Assembly: GCF_052425735.1 (NCBI RefSeq)
Contig: NC_135763.1
Coordinates: 31,372,001 to 31,436,000 of the forward strand
DNA length: 64,000 nucleotides
Direction of reading: 5' to 3'
Origin: Oculina patagonica
Lineage: Eukaryota
This document shows, piece after piece, positions 49,859 to 63,448 of this stretch; positions within the stretch are counted from its first letter, which is position 1, and each line of letters begins with the position of its first letter. Both the position numbers and the translations under genes were made by a program. The notes beneath the pieces are model-generated. The model worked only from the letters and a program-made list of their open reading frames with translations. It ran no database searches and was not told the DNA's origin.

Positions 49859-52800
49859 TCAAGCATACCACGCATAGACATCAGCGCAGGTCTGCCCGCC
49901 GTTATTGTCCTCTGAGCAATCTGTCAAGTCTTGTCCATACCAAATTTGGAACTCCTGGTCAACAGACACTGACAGCAGAGTGGGAAGTTTGTCGAAAACA
50001 AGTTCTGGGGCGTTGACACCAATCCCAGCAATCTTATATAAATAATATTGGTTATCACAACCAGCAAGATTTTTTTTGTAATCGGCAAGCAACAGAGCAG
50101 TCTTGTTAGGGTACGTTATGACGGTATCTAGCCTCTTGTCTTCAAGACTGGGGTTGTCACAGCCCCAATAAGATGATGGGTAATCTGGATGGCAGCTTAA
50201 GGAACCACTCCTGTGAACAAGTTTGAACGTGCAGACTAGGCCACTTTCTTTGATGTTAAAAGTCCCGTATGTGTCATCTCGAGCTCCAAAGCAAACGGGA
50301 GCATCGTTGATCTGTTTCCAATTATCTGAAATAAATACCAGTAATCTTTGTCGTTAAGGCTGTTTTACACGGGACAACGGTTTTTCGCGCAAATATGTTG
50401 GCAACACGTTGCGAGTTTTTTACTTGAGTTCAAAAACTCGCAGCGTGTTGCCTAGTGATTTGCATCATTTTAGAATTTTTATGTGTATTTTTCGCGCAAC
50501 ATTGTTAAGTAGTGTAGACATACAAATATATACATACATTTTATTTTACGTCCCCACGGGGCTTTTCAGTAAAATATTTAAATAAAAATAATAATAAATA
50601 AATAAGATAAAGAGAAGGAAGTGAATGAATACATAAATAGGTAAATAATAAATACAGTAAGGGGTCCAGTTCTCGGCCGGGTCCAGTTCTCGGCCACTTT
50701 GTGTTCAACGCTTTTTTTCACGCCCCAGTTGAATTAAAACAAAACGTTATTTCAATCAAACAATAAACTGATTCCTGTGCTCTAAGGGCCTGTTTATATG
50801 GAGTAGAGTTGTCCCTGGTAGAAGAGTTATCCTCTCCCCCGCGCTATCTTTTACCGAGCGTTTATATGAGAAAGTTGTCCCCGTTGTCCGAGCCAAAACT
50901 TGGCCCTGTTAGTTCAAAAGACTGGCGAGAGTTATTTTGAAATACAGTCGACTCTCTCTAAGACGGACACCTTCGGAACCGGCCGCAACTGTCCGTCTTA
51001 GAGAGGTGTCCGTCTTGTAGAGAGTCGAAGAAACATGACACCAGTAATTTTGAGATAAATAAAGCTAAACCTATGAATAATGAATACACGTCTGTTTTGA
51101 GTCTGTTTAAAGTCGCTTTCTTTAACAAAACCTACAAACTGGAACATCAATAATATCAGAAAATTGACTCGTTTTTTCATTACAATCGATAATACACTGC
51201 TTCACGTAAGCAGAGAAGCTTCATTGTGTTTGGTTAGTAAGCTTGGTATAGGCGTATCCTTAGGGCACTGACTAATTTTGCTCTAGCTATTCGAAGTTTG
51301 GAAGTATTTCACTAATAAAACATGATAAAAAAAACACTTCTTAAGTGTCCGTTGATGATTTCAAAGTGTCCGTTGTCCGTCTTAGAGAGGTGTCCGTCTT
51401 ATAAGGAGTTTGGTTACTGAAAAACGGCAGGGACCATCACCAGGTGTCCGTCTTATGGAGGTGTCCGTCTTATAGAGGTGTCCGTTAAGAGAGAGTTGAC
51501 TGTAGCTATTATGGCGGCCTTTTTTAATCAGGAACGCTGAAACATCGATGAAGACCATTTTGGACAAATTTACCGCCGACTTCAATGTTGTTTTGGCCGA
51601 TTGCAGCATTTGCGCATGTTCCGTATGTGTCAACTTGTCCCTGGTAGGCGAGGCAAAAATAACCAAACTGTTTATATGAAAAAAAAATTGGCTCGCTCCC
51701 CAGGGTCACGCTACCTTCAAAGCGAGTGACCCCCGAGTGAAAAGCTCTCTCGCCCGGGCGAGAGAGCTTTTCATACGTTTCTTTATAAATAGCTGCGAAC
51801 TGTTTATATGAGAAATTGCAAAGTTGGCTCGGGGAACAGGGTGACCCTGGGTGGAGGGTCACTCGCTTTGAAGGTAGGGTGACCCTTGGGAGCGAGCCAA
51901 CTTTTTTCCATATAAACAGTTTGATTATTTTTGCCTCGACTTCCAGGGACAAGTTGACACATACGGAGCATGCGCAAACGCTAAAATCAGCAAAAACAAA
52001 ATTGCAGATAAATTGAAATCGAAGTCGGTGGAAAATTAGTCCAAAATATGTTTTTGGTCGACGATTCAGCGTTCCTGATCTTAGAAAAAGCAGCCATAAT
52101 AGATGTTTCAAAACAACTCTCGCCAGTCTTTTGAACCGAGAGGGCCAAGTTTTGGCTCGGTCAACAGGGACAACTTTCTCATATAAACGCTCGTTAAAAG
52201 ATGGCTCGGGGGAGAGGGTAACCCTCGAGCTCCTACCAGAATTTATATTCAGCATATAAACAGGCCCTAAGTATCTGGAGTTTGATCCTGCAACTCGCTA
52301 TAGAAAGCACATACGTTGAGTTTACGCGGGGGTAGGTGAATTTGTTTTCCCGGAATCTTGTTTGTTTACGTCTCCTTAAAATTCATGGATGAAGTTAAAT
52401 TCGTATTTTATCCGAGAACCCCTACCAAACGAGCTAATTTTTGGTATGTAAAGCTTAGAATAATTCAGCTTTCCGCTTAAGTTTAATTTTCGTTGAACCA
52501 TTGTATATTTTGGTTTTAATTTACTTCGAAATTATTGTTTCGTGCGGCTTTTACGTATTTGCCAGTTCTCGGCCACCCTGCTCGTTATCATAGCTTAGCG
52601 CTTTTTGTTTTTAATATAATTTCATCTGCTGCAGCAAGAATGAAAGAAAGAAATGTTTTAAAAATAAAGTTCAATGAAATATCTTAGTTTTGAGCTGACT
52701 TTTGTCTTGTCTATAATTTCTACAACACCCCACTCTTTGAAGTCCTTTTTTAATGCAAAATAAACCATCTAAATTCATTGGTCACTACAACGAAATTCTG

Positions 52801-55488
52801 CGGTTTTTCTAGAACCTGCACATAGGCATAGGCGATATTCAACAATTCTTGCAAAATTTCATATCATGAACAACACAGAGCATTCCCATAACGTAACACA
52901 TTTTTCGCCTCCCGAATCCTAAGGTGGCCCAAACCTATTTATTTACGTGATGGTTGCATTTTTGCAATCGCGCTTTTTGTCGGGAAAGATTTCACCGATT
53001 TCTTCGAATTTTTGCGTCCTGAATGAAAAATGTTGGAATTTTCGAAAAAGGGCATTCGTTTTTCAGTTGTAATAAAACCTTTTGAGATTTGAACATATTT
53101 TTAAAATCTAGTTTTAACCAAAAATGTCCTTAAATTTAAAACCCGACGACAGATTTCTCCTAAACTTTAGCAAATAAGCCTCAGAGCTCTCAAGTGTTGT
53201 ATCAGGAAGTTGGATGACAATCCTGACCATGCAACGCGCTGCACAAAATGCTGGTAAAATTTTATCTGAAAATGCTAATGCATTCATGTCAACTTACGCA
53301 CAAATATCGGGACAGTGCAGCCGGACTACCTGTCATTTGCAAGGATAATGATCCCCAAAACCTTATCAAAAAGAAAGTGAGGAATCAGAAACCTACAGCA
53401 AACACAAGCATCGCAACAAGAAGCACAATTTTATGACGCTTGCAAGGTAAAATCAGATAATTTATATTCAGCTCCCCTATCTTGTATTCGTTCCTTTATT
53501 TTTGAAAAAAATCTTAGCATGGCAAAAAAGAACATCTACGAAAAACCCTTACCAGTTTTCATCACAGTGGGTTCCTATTCTGGGGAGAAATAAAGCTGCC
53601 AAGTTCAGTACTTCTAACTATCGATATCCGCTTTTCTACTGCATCGAGAACCTTTGTGCTCAATAATATATTCATGATAGTGGCTTTGTTTTCGAATTCC
53701 TCACGGGCAGTTTGCCACTTGGACATAGCGAGTGTTCAAATATGAAAATGGTCTTCTTATTTAAATGATGTTTTAATGTTTCCCGAGACTTGTTATCCCC
53801 AAGTGACAAACTGGCCGTAAGGAATGCGAAAACAAAGTCAGCTATCTTGAATATATTATCAGGCACAGGGTTTTCATTGCAGTCGAAAAGCGGATGGTGG
53901 GAAGTACTCAACTTGGCGTTTTTATTTCTCCTCAGAATAGGAACCTACTGTGACAAAAACTGGTAAGGTGTTTTCTTAGATGTTCATTTTTGCTATGCTG
54001 AGATGTTTTCGAAAATAAATGAACGAATACGTGATAGGTGAGATGAATATAAAATATTAAATTTTACCTTGCACGCGTCATAAAATTGTGCTTCTTGTTG
54101 CACTGTCTGTATTTGCTGTAGGTTTCTGATTACTCACTTTCTTTTTGATAAGGTTTTGAGGATCATTATCCTTGCAGATGACCGATAGTTTGGCTTCACT
54201 GTTCCGCTATTTGTGCGTCAGTTGACATGATTAGCATAGCATTTTTTAGATAAAATTTTACCAGCATTTTGTGCAGCGAATTGCATGGTCAGGATTGTCA
54301 TCAAACTTCCTGATACAACATTTGAGAGCTCTGAGGCTTATTTGCTAAAGTTTAGAAGAAATTTGTCGTCGGGTTTTAAATCTAAGGACATTTTTGGTAA
54401 AAACCAGATTTTGAAAGTATGTTCAAATCTCAAAAGTTTTTATTCCGACTGAAAATCGAATGCCATTTTCCGTAAATTTGAGCATTTTTTATTCAGGACG
54501 CAAAAATTCGAAAAAATCGGTGAAATATTTCCTGCCAAAAAGCGCGATTCAAAAATGAAACCATCGCGTAATTAAATAGGTTTGGGCCACCTTAAAGAGA
54601 TTGACAATTACTAATCTGGTCTTTTTTTTATAAATCAACTTGACTCGGCATAATGATTATGTAAACAAGTAACGCCAAAAGTATCAAAACTTTCAAACCC
54701 AAGCAAGTTTTTTTGTTTGTCGCTATTCCCAATCGCTGAGTGATAAAGGAATCGGTCTGTGTTTTAGCAAGTAAGAGAAGATAATGCAAGGGAGGTGAGT
54801 TGACGGGAGGGAGGGAAATGAACCAAAATCGTTTATTTAGCAGAAGAAGAAATACAAGATTGGGAACGAAGTTAATTCAACCTTCAAATAAGCGGAACAC
54901 TTCAGCGCTTCAACTGTACCTTTTTTGACATTTTATCTCGTTGCACTATTCTGAAGATGGAAGTAACTATGCTTAACAGCAATAGAGTTGGTGTCTATGT
55001 AAAAGAGTTTCAGTTTAGGAGATAACACGGTTTCACATATTTACCTTTCTCGCATTGTCTTCCCGTATATCCAGCCCGACACACACATAAGTATCTCTCG
55101 TCTGTGAATTCATTCAAGCATGTTGCGTTGTGAAGGCATGGGTTACTGGAACACGCGTTCTGATGGAAAAGGAAATAAAAAAAAATTTCTTGATGTTGTA
55201 CTCTCTTTAAAGCATGCAAAAGTAAGTTACATCTCACCTCTGTGCCTCTGTAGACGAAGCCTTCTCGTGGTTTGAGATCTTCAGGATGTTTTGTGCTGTC
55301 AGAATCACTCAGTTCACACACCATTCTGTCCTTGATGGGTGGGCCAAGGTTGAATGAGACGCAATGGTTCTCAAATAAGCACAGATGTTTACAAGATGCG
55401 TATATTCCTATGGAAAGGTTTTTCACAACGTGACCTTCAAGTGCAAAGCCTTGGACTGGGGTGCCATACTTAAGGTGGCGGCATAAAT
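49859..55488 (-). CDS. Putative extracellular protein: PAN/apple-like + EGF-like + Cys-containing C-terminal domain of unknown function; first exon not found
   Basis: Phase-compatible GT-AG exons 55488-55238 (DLCRHL...CKHLCLFENHCVSFNL...CELSDSD), 55159-55045 (CSSNPCLHNATC...CVCRAGYTGRQCE) and 50325-49859 (WKQINDAPVCFGARDDTYGTF...LVHRSG..C...WGC...IWYGQDLTDCSEDNNGGQTCADVYAWYA*). Confidence 0.8.
50786..52267. mobile_element. PIF/Harbinger-type foldback element with nested MITE
   Basis: GGGCCTGTTTATATG / CATATAAACAGGCCC; TAA on both sides; long internal inverted arms. Confidence 0.85.
50945..51502. mobile_element. pogo-like MITE nested in the Harbinger element
   Basis: CAGTCGACTCTCTCT / AGAGAGAGTTGACTG; TA TSD; GGTGTCCGTCTTA repeats. 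Confidence 0.85.
52923..54591. mobile_element. 1.67-kb foldback non-autonomous DNA transposon, Kolobok-like
   Basis: GGTGGCCCAAACCTATTTA / TAAATAGGTTTGGGCCACC; CTAA/TTAA flanks; ~0.7-kb inverted arms. Confidence 0.85.
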
Positions 55489-55607
55489 CTGTAATTACAG
55501 AAGAAAAACAACTTAAACGTATATTTCTCTTGATTCTTTTTTGTCGAGCGACTTGCACGTAAAGAACAGCTTTCTTCTTTTACGCATTTAGTGAACAAGT
55601 AATTCAC

Positions 55608-57163
55608 TTACTACCGTTTGCATTGATGCCCGACTTCAAAAATCAAAACGCCCGCGGAAACATTTCCAAGATTTCCGTCAATCAAAGTTTGAAATGACGT
55701 TTCGCACGAGCGATCATTTATGACGGTTTACTTACATACTTATCCTCACTGGGCGCATGAGGACTCTTGAGGCCGGCCATAAGATTGCGCCATCCATCCC
55801 GGTCTGCCACCGATGGGACAGCAGCCCCACAGGAATGCCATCCCAACCGGTTTCTTTCTTTCTCTACGGTTTTCCTCCACGTTTCTCTCGACCGACCTCG
55901 CTTCCGCTTACCTTCAGATGCCCACGTAAGCTCAGTAGTCGAGATGTTTCCTGGACTTGTCCGCAATACGTGTCCTATCCATTGCTATCTTTTCACTCGT
56001 ATGAGAACTGATACCGGCATACTCCCTGTTGCTTCGTATAGCTCTTCGTTGCTCAGATGGTTGGGCCAGAATCTCTTCAGCACTTCCCTGTCAGGCAGGT
56101 GCGATGAGACACATCCGGTTTGTTGAGATCAGTCGTTGTCAATCTCCACATTTCGGCTCCATACAGTAGCATGGACAGCACATTTGAGTTCAGGATACGT
56201 AGCTGTTCTTCTGGCTCAATCTGCCCGACCTCCAGATGTTCTGAAGTCTGGTGAATGCAATTCTGGCTATAGTGCTAGACGCCTCTTATTGTCTGCTTCT
56301 GTGACGTCGCGAAGTTTGTCAAGTACTGAACCTAGGTACACAAAGGATTCCACGTCTTCCACCTCCTCTCCTTCTATCCTAATGAAGTCTGTGCATCTGT
56401 GGTTCATTCTAAGTGTCTTTCTTTTGCACGGGTTGATCTTGAGCCCAACAACGCCGGCGGTAGCTAATACTCTATCAGTCTTCTCCTGAATATCGGCAAA
56501 TCTGCTTGATATCAGAACAACATAATCAGCATAGTCCAGGTCTTCTAAAACTGATGTAAGCTTCCATCTCAAGCCGCGTTTTCTGTTGTTTGTATGCCGC
56601 ATTACCCAGTTTATGACCAGAACAAAGATGAAGCCAGGCATCACACATCCTTGCCGCACGCCGCTCTTCACTTCAAACCAGCTAGAATACCTTCCGCCTT
56701 CTGTGACACAGCTTGAGCTCTGCCTTGAAAGTCCTGATATAGATGTCAGGGATGCCATACTGCCCCATAATGTTCCAAAGTCGCTCTCTGATTATGCAGT
56801 CAAAAGCTCTCGAAAAGTCAACGAAGTTAATGTACACCGGTGCGCGATATGTTTTTAAATAAAAAACGGCTCGCTGAACATAAAAGTTTTGTACCTTTTA
56901 TTTTTATGATGTTTATTCCGACGGTTTAGCGAGAGAAAGACTATTTGGCAAGTTAGCTACAAAAGGATTTAATCTGCGCCTGTTAAAAAAAAAAAACTGA
57001 AACAGTTTAAGAATTTTTACCGCGGAATAAAATTTAGTTATCGCTAGTTCCCTTTCGTGATTTTCGTGATTGCTCGCGCGAAATTGATTGACGGAAATCT
57101 TGGAAACGTATATCCGCGGGTGTTTTGATTTGTGACGTCGCGTGTCAATACAAACGGTGGTAA
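55608..57163. mobile_element. MITE with ~80-bp imperfect TIRs, split by an RTE insertion
   Basis: ACCGTTTGCATTGA...TTTCCAAGATTTCCGTCAATCAA (55613-55685) vs TTGATTGACGGAAATCTTGGAAA...TCAATACAAACGGT (57083-57158). Confidence 0.75.
55725..56840 (-). pseudogene. Degenerate 5'-truncated RTE-clade LINE
   Basis: Frameshifted pieces GVRQGCVM, LDYADY, FVYLGS, KRKRGRSRETWRKTVEKE...DRDGWR; TAAGTA-type tail. Confidence 0.88.
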
Positions 57164-58498
57164 TCGTGATGTTTTTATTTGCACGGTGAAGAAAACCCAA
57201 TGATGTAGTCCACAGCTATTTATTTAATCCCATCTGGGGCTCGGGTTTGTTCTGGGTTTTTCCTATGGTTTATTCTTGTTTATGTATTTTCTTATTTCTT
57301 ATTTAGTAACAATGCATCTGCATCTAAATATAGTAGTCATTACAGAGGAAAGCCTTATTATTTTGTCAGTAATGTGTTCTAAGATAGCTGCTGAAAATGC
57401 AACATCACAATAAGTTCCAAATTAAACAGGACTGGTCCCCTGACGTGCTCTCAATAATTGTATTTCTGCTCTGTATGCAAGTAATATAACATTCGTGCAA
57501 AGACAGGTGTAAAAGACATACAGTTATAAATAAATCTCAGATTGTATTATTTTGTATTTTTATAATAAAGAAAGTAACTAGTACGTAAGTCATTTCGGTC
57601 TCCAAATTAAATTATTTCCCTGCATAAAGTATGCTAACCAAGGTATTATTCCGAGACCAAGAAAAAGTGAAATGGGTTTTCTAAAGATGGATAATGTTTT
57701 GTTTTGTCTTGTGATATGTTGTTTTGGTTAGAGTGGTTCTCTTAGCTTCTTAGCAATGAAGCATTTTATGATAAACTCTAATTTCATAAGTTCGCTTGAA
57801 ATTTCTGCGAATTAGCCCTTCCCTGTCCTTAAAATCTACCGGGCTGTGTACATGGGATCTATGCAGTCACTGTTTAAAGCACAGTTTGCAGATTGCTTTT
57901 GTGAGGTTAGGGCTTTTGCGAATATATGCAGGATTTTCCAACATCGATCTCAGATGTATGTGAGAAGTCTCAATGCTAATATATCTTGGAAAAGAATTAA
58001 CTTTACTTTCTTTGGCGGGAAACCGTGTTTCTTTTTGCCGCCATTATTTCTGTCCAAAGTTAGTTTTGAAACAAATCAGCAGCTTCATGTTGACAATTTC
58101 ACCATAAGCTCTTAACTACATTAATGGCATAAAACATGCACTATATCGTTTACAAACCTTGGTTCGCTAGCGTTATACTGTGTAGCCAGACTTCACAAAG
58201 AATAACCACGAACGGAAAAATTATATCTGAGAAAGGCCAGGCGTTCATACTTGGGAACTGGAAAGACTAAGAAATTACTTCTTTAACCTTAGTAAAAAAA
58301 GTCACCTTGACTTTGTAGGTTATGTGGCGAGAATGAACTGGCATAAAATATTAAAAGCCTTGCTGGTGATTGTTTGACATAAGAAGCTTTCAGCGTTTTA
58401 AGGAATCAATTATTCAATGTCTAAATCCATTGGCTATTCGCTTTTTACTAGTCGTCACAAAATTTTCGGCCGCGCATTAGTTGAGTCTTATGATCAAT

Positions 58499-58760
58499 CA
58501 ATCTCGTCCCCAGAGACCGCGATCCTTCTGGTCTGCTCCAAGGATCGGGACCTCTGGGCTATTCTGAAAGCCCGCCACAAAGGCGTCTGAATCTGTTTGG
58601 CTGTTGAAAACCTGTTCGTTTTATGCACGCAGCGCACACGCGGTGCACGCGGACGATCAAACCGGAACCAGGATTCCTGGTTCCGATTTTGGATTCGTAC
58701 AGAGACGTGGAGTTTCCCGACCGCTGGTCAAGGGGAACGCAGGCTCTGGGAACGAGATTG
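58499..58760. mobile_element. MITE with CA...TG termini and 9-bp TSD (AcademH-like)
   Basis: CAATCTCGTCCCCAGAG / CTCTGGGAACGAGATTG; TSD ATGATCAAT (58490-58498, 58761-58769). Confidence 0.85.
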
Positions 58761-58806
58761 ATGATCAATGACAGATGAAAATGACGTCACCTGTATCGCA
58801 AGGAAG

Positions 58807-59026
58807 NNNNNNNNNNNNNNNNNNNNNNNNNNNNNNNNNNNNNNNNNNNNNNNNNNNNNNNNNNNNNNNNNNNNNNNNNNNNNNNNNNNNNNNNNNNNNN
58901 NNNNNNNNNNNNNNNNNNNNNNNNNNNNNNNNNNNNNNNNNNNNNNNNNNNNNNNNNNNNNNNNNNNNNNNNNNNNNNNNNNNNNNNNNNNNNNNNNNNN
59001 NNNNNNNNNNNNNNNNNNNNNNNNNN
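58807..59026. other. Assembly gap
   Basis: N run. Confidence 0.98.
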
Positions 59027-59505
59027 CAATGTAAGTCTCAAACGGCATCACAAGTTTGGTGTCTAAGTGCTTAGGAATCAAAAGGTACTAAATGGTAGCA
59101 GAAACCCTATTATTCACGTAAACACTTTTAAAACATGATAGTGTGTCGTGTAACTTGACATCAGTGGTACTTATAGCAGAAAGTCAATATCCGCAAACCA
59201 AATTTCGCTTTACCTTTATACGGTTTAATTTAATGATTCTTTTTATTTTAATAACTTTAATAACTACAAAATAACAATGAAATGAGATAAAATATAGTAA
59301 AAGATAAATACTACAAATATAAATAGATACATGAATGTTGGCACTAACGTATACTAGCAAATCTAAGAAAAAATAATAAGAGGTACAAAAGGCGTGGTTG
59401 CACTTAAGGGCGAAAAAAGTAATAAGTCAATGACAGGTTTGAGAGAAACGGATGCCATTTCTTATTAAAATTATTACCATTTTTTTTTTTTTTTTTTTTT
59501 TTTTG

Positions 59506-59740
59506 TGGAGGCGCGGTCGCCTAATGGTTAGCGCGCTCGACTCTGAGTCGAACGGCCCAGGTTCCAAGCCTGGCCTGGGCGCTGCGTTGTGTTCTTGGGA
59601 AAGACACTTTACTTTATCCTCACAGTGCCTCTCTCCACCCAGATGTATAAATGGGTACCGGTGAATTTACTGCTGGGGGTAACTCTGCGATGGACTAGCA
59701 TCCCATCCAGTGGGGAGAAGCAATACTCCTAGTTGCTTAA
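59506..59740 (+). mobile_element. tRNA-derived SINE family A copy
   Basis: GGAGGCGCGGTCGCCTAATGGTTAGCGCG head; CACCCAGATGTATAAATGGGTACC core. Confidence 0.8.
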
Positions 59741-60921
59741 CGTAAAAAACTGTAATGTAAACAACTAAAATAATAAAAAAAATAAATATAATAAGAAAAT
59801 AATTAAAAATATAACACAAACAGGGTGTAAATATTATTAAAATTTTTTTTTTATTTTTTTTTTTTTTTGTTTTTTTTTTTTTCTTATTTATATTTTTTTT
59901 TTAATTTTTTCTTCCCCCTTTCTAAAAATTTTTTTTTTTTATTTTTAATAAAATTTTTAAATTTTTTTTATTTTTTTTTTTTTTTTTTTTTTATAATAAA
60001 TAAAAAAAAAAAATAATAAAATAATATTTTAAGAGGAGGCCTCCAATCACCTAGGGGGTGATTTTCAGGAGGGTCCTCTGAGAAAATAAAAGTTAAACCT
60101 TAAAATACATTAAAATCTAAAATACAATAAAAAGACAAAACCTATGTGGTATGCTTACTAAGATTAAAAACTAGGACAAGGATTAAAATACTACTAACTA
60201 AGGTTAAAATGGGAAATAAAAAAGTATTGAAATCTAAAAGGATAGAAGAAGCTCTTCTATTAAACTACATTTATAAATGAAATATCCTTTGCTAACAACA
60301 GTGCTAAGCTTAACATCAGTTGACATTTGAAAGTTCAGGATAATTCAATGATTACGAGCCGAAGATAATAATCCTTTACAAAGGCAGCAACTGTTTTGCT
60401 GTGAACCGTAATGACTTCCTTTGCCAGAATAGTGTAACGGATTAAGAAGTCCAAAAAAGTTATAGTTTCGAAAGGCTGCAGCGTTCCACCCCAAAAAGAA
60501 CTGAAGTCATTGCAACTGGTCGTGGAACAGTTCTTTTTTTGCAATTTGGCTGAAGCAAAGAACGTCTCACTACTGCTTTAAAAACAACTAAAATACAGAA
60601 GAGATAAAGACTAGCCTTTCTGAGCGTTACTATTAGAATCGAGTGGATTTATTGAAAATAAATCATGCTTTTCAAACGGAACGCTGTAGCCGTTTCAGGT
60701 GCCGATAACGGCCTTCATTAAATATATAAAAGTTACCAGGAACCGGAGTAGGAATAGGGCGCACAAGTTGCTCCATTAACTCCTGGATTCCCCACCCACC
60801 CCCTAAATTAAACGACAGTCCTAAGTCCTTCGTTTACTCGTGCGCTATTTCGATTCCGGCTCTGTTTCCCAATTGAAATGAAAGCGTTAAAATTTTGGCA
60901 CGTGCTTCGTGTATGAAATTG

Positions 60922-61146
60922 TCAGGCGTACCACGCATAGACATCAGCGCAGGTCATCCCGGCGTTGTTGTGCTCGGGGCAGTCTGTCAAGTCTTGTCCA
61001 TTCCAAATGTGAAACTCTTGTCCAACAGACACTGACAGCAGGGTGGAAAGTTTGTTGTACACAAGTTCTGGGGAGTTGACACCAATCCCAGCAATCTTAT
61101 ATGAATAATATCTGCCTCTACAGCCAACAATATCTCTTAAGTAATC
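60922..61146 (-). pseudogene. Truncated, frameshifted duplicate of the last exon of the PAN-EGF gene
   Basis: Aligns with 49859-50083; 1-nt deletion near 61072; flank ~60670-60800 resembles ~49570-49695. Confidence 0.85.
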
Positions 61147-61690
61147 ATTTGTTCATCTTTTGACTCGAGACCCGAGACTTGATTCTCAGTCGAAATTTTC
61201 AAGTCTTGAGACACGCGGATCGTGACGCGAGGGACTTACTTTTGAGCGAACTGTGTAACGAACTTTAATCTCGCGTTTTCGTGCAAAAAAAGAAAAAAAT
61301 ACTCGTTGCATTGTTTAAACTATTGTAAAAGTGCACAGTGAGCGAGCTGCGAATGCGAAGCAACTTAGCTATCTACGGTTTAATCCGGACGGACTATATC
61401 ATTCCGACGCGAGGTAATGACATAGACCAGCACACGTCTTGAATCTTTATATGCCGTCCAAATTTGGCGTTCCTTGTGTGTGGTTATAAAAGAGTGTGAA
61501 GGAAGTTCATTCTTGGATGATAAACAAATGGAAATTGTCACACATTTTATCAAAGAAATTTAATAATAACATGAATTTATGGATAATTAACGACCACGAA
61601 ACATGGGTACACACTTCAATCGACGTGAAGTTGTCATGTTACGTTCTCTTGTTTGTGTTTAGCTGTTTGGTTTATTTCACGCGCTGTTAA

Positions 61691-62263
61691 CCCTTTGACA
61701 CCCAAATTTTCCCCAAAAAACGCTTTTTTTAACCGCTAAACTGAAATTTTGGTTTTATGGTCTTGAATTTACCTCAACTTTGCTAAAGAAGCACTTTTTT
61801 TACACTTCAGCAACATTTTGATAAAGATTCTGTGTAAAAACGTGCAATATTTTACTTTGGTGCATGCGCATAAGCCAAAATTTGGACTTGTTTTTTTTTT
61901 TTTTTTGCTGAACCGTTCCAAATTTTTTTATTCTCGTTACTTTCTACTCTTCATATCTTTCTTTTGGCCAAAAAAGTTTTGACGTTATCATTGCAAACAC
62001 TGAAAAGGGGACCTTGACCAATTACAGGTGTACTGGCCTGTTTAAGCAACGATTTTGCACCAAAAATGGATTGTGCTTTTCTTTGATTAGCTCTGTCAGA
62101 ATGCAACCGATATTCAAAATGAACAGTCTCGTAGAAAGGTCGATCCAAGCTCTGTCAGATTCTTATCACAAAATTCCACTGACGTGCTTATTGATGACGT
62201 CACAAGTGAATCAATGACTGCACCTCCAAATAGCGCCTGAATGCGCGATTAGGAGTGAAAAGG
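61691..62263. mobile_element. piggyBac-type MITE in the duplicated mTOR intron
   Basis: TTAA at 61687-61690 and 62264-62267; CCCTTT/AAAAGG termini; absent from the homologous site at ~40398. Confidence 0.7.
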
Positions 62264-62298
62264 TTAAAGTGATCAAAATATTTTTTCTTTGTTTTTAG

Positions 62299-63448
<1,150 letters not shown>

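Noticed and set aside
51524-52255. 243-aa ORF
   Set aside because: Lies within a foldback element; no recognisable motifs.
58300-58400. Candidate first exon of the PAN-EGF gene
   Set aside because: A donor-like site exists but there is no in-frame ATG or signal peptide.
59740-60030. Extreme A/T low-complexity tract
   Set aside because: Looks like low-quality sequence near a gap; no interpretable structure.
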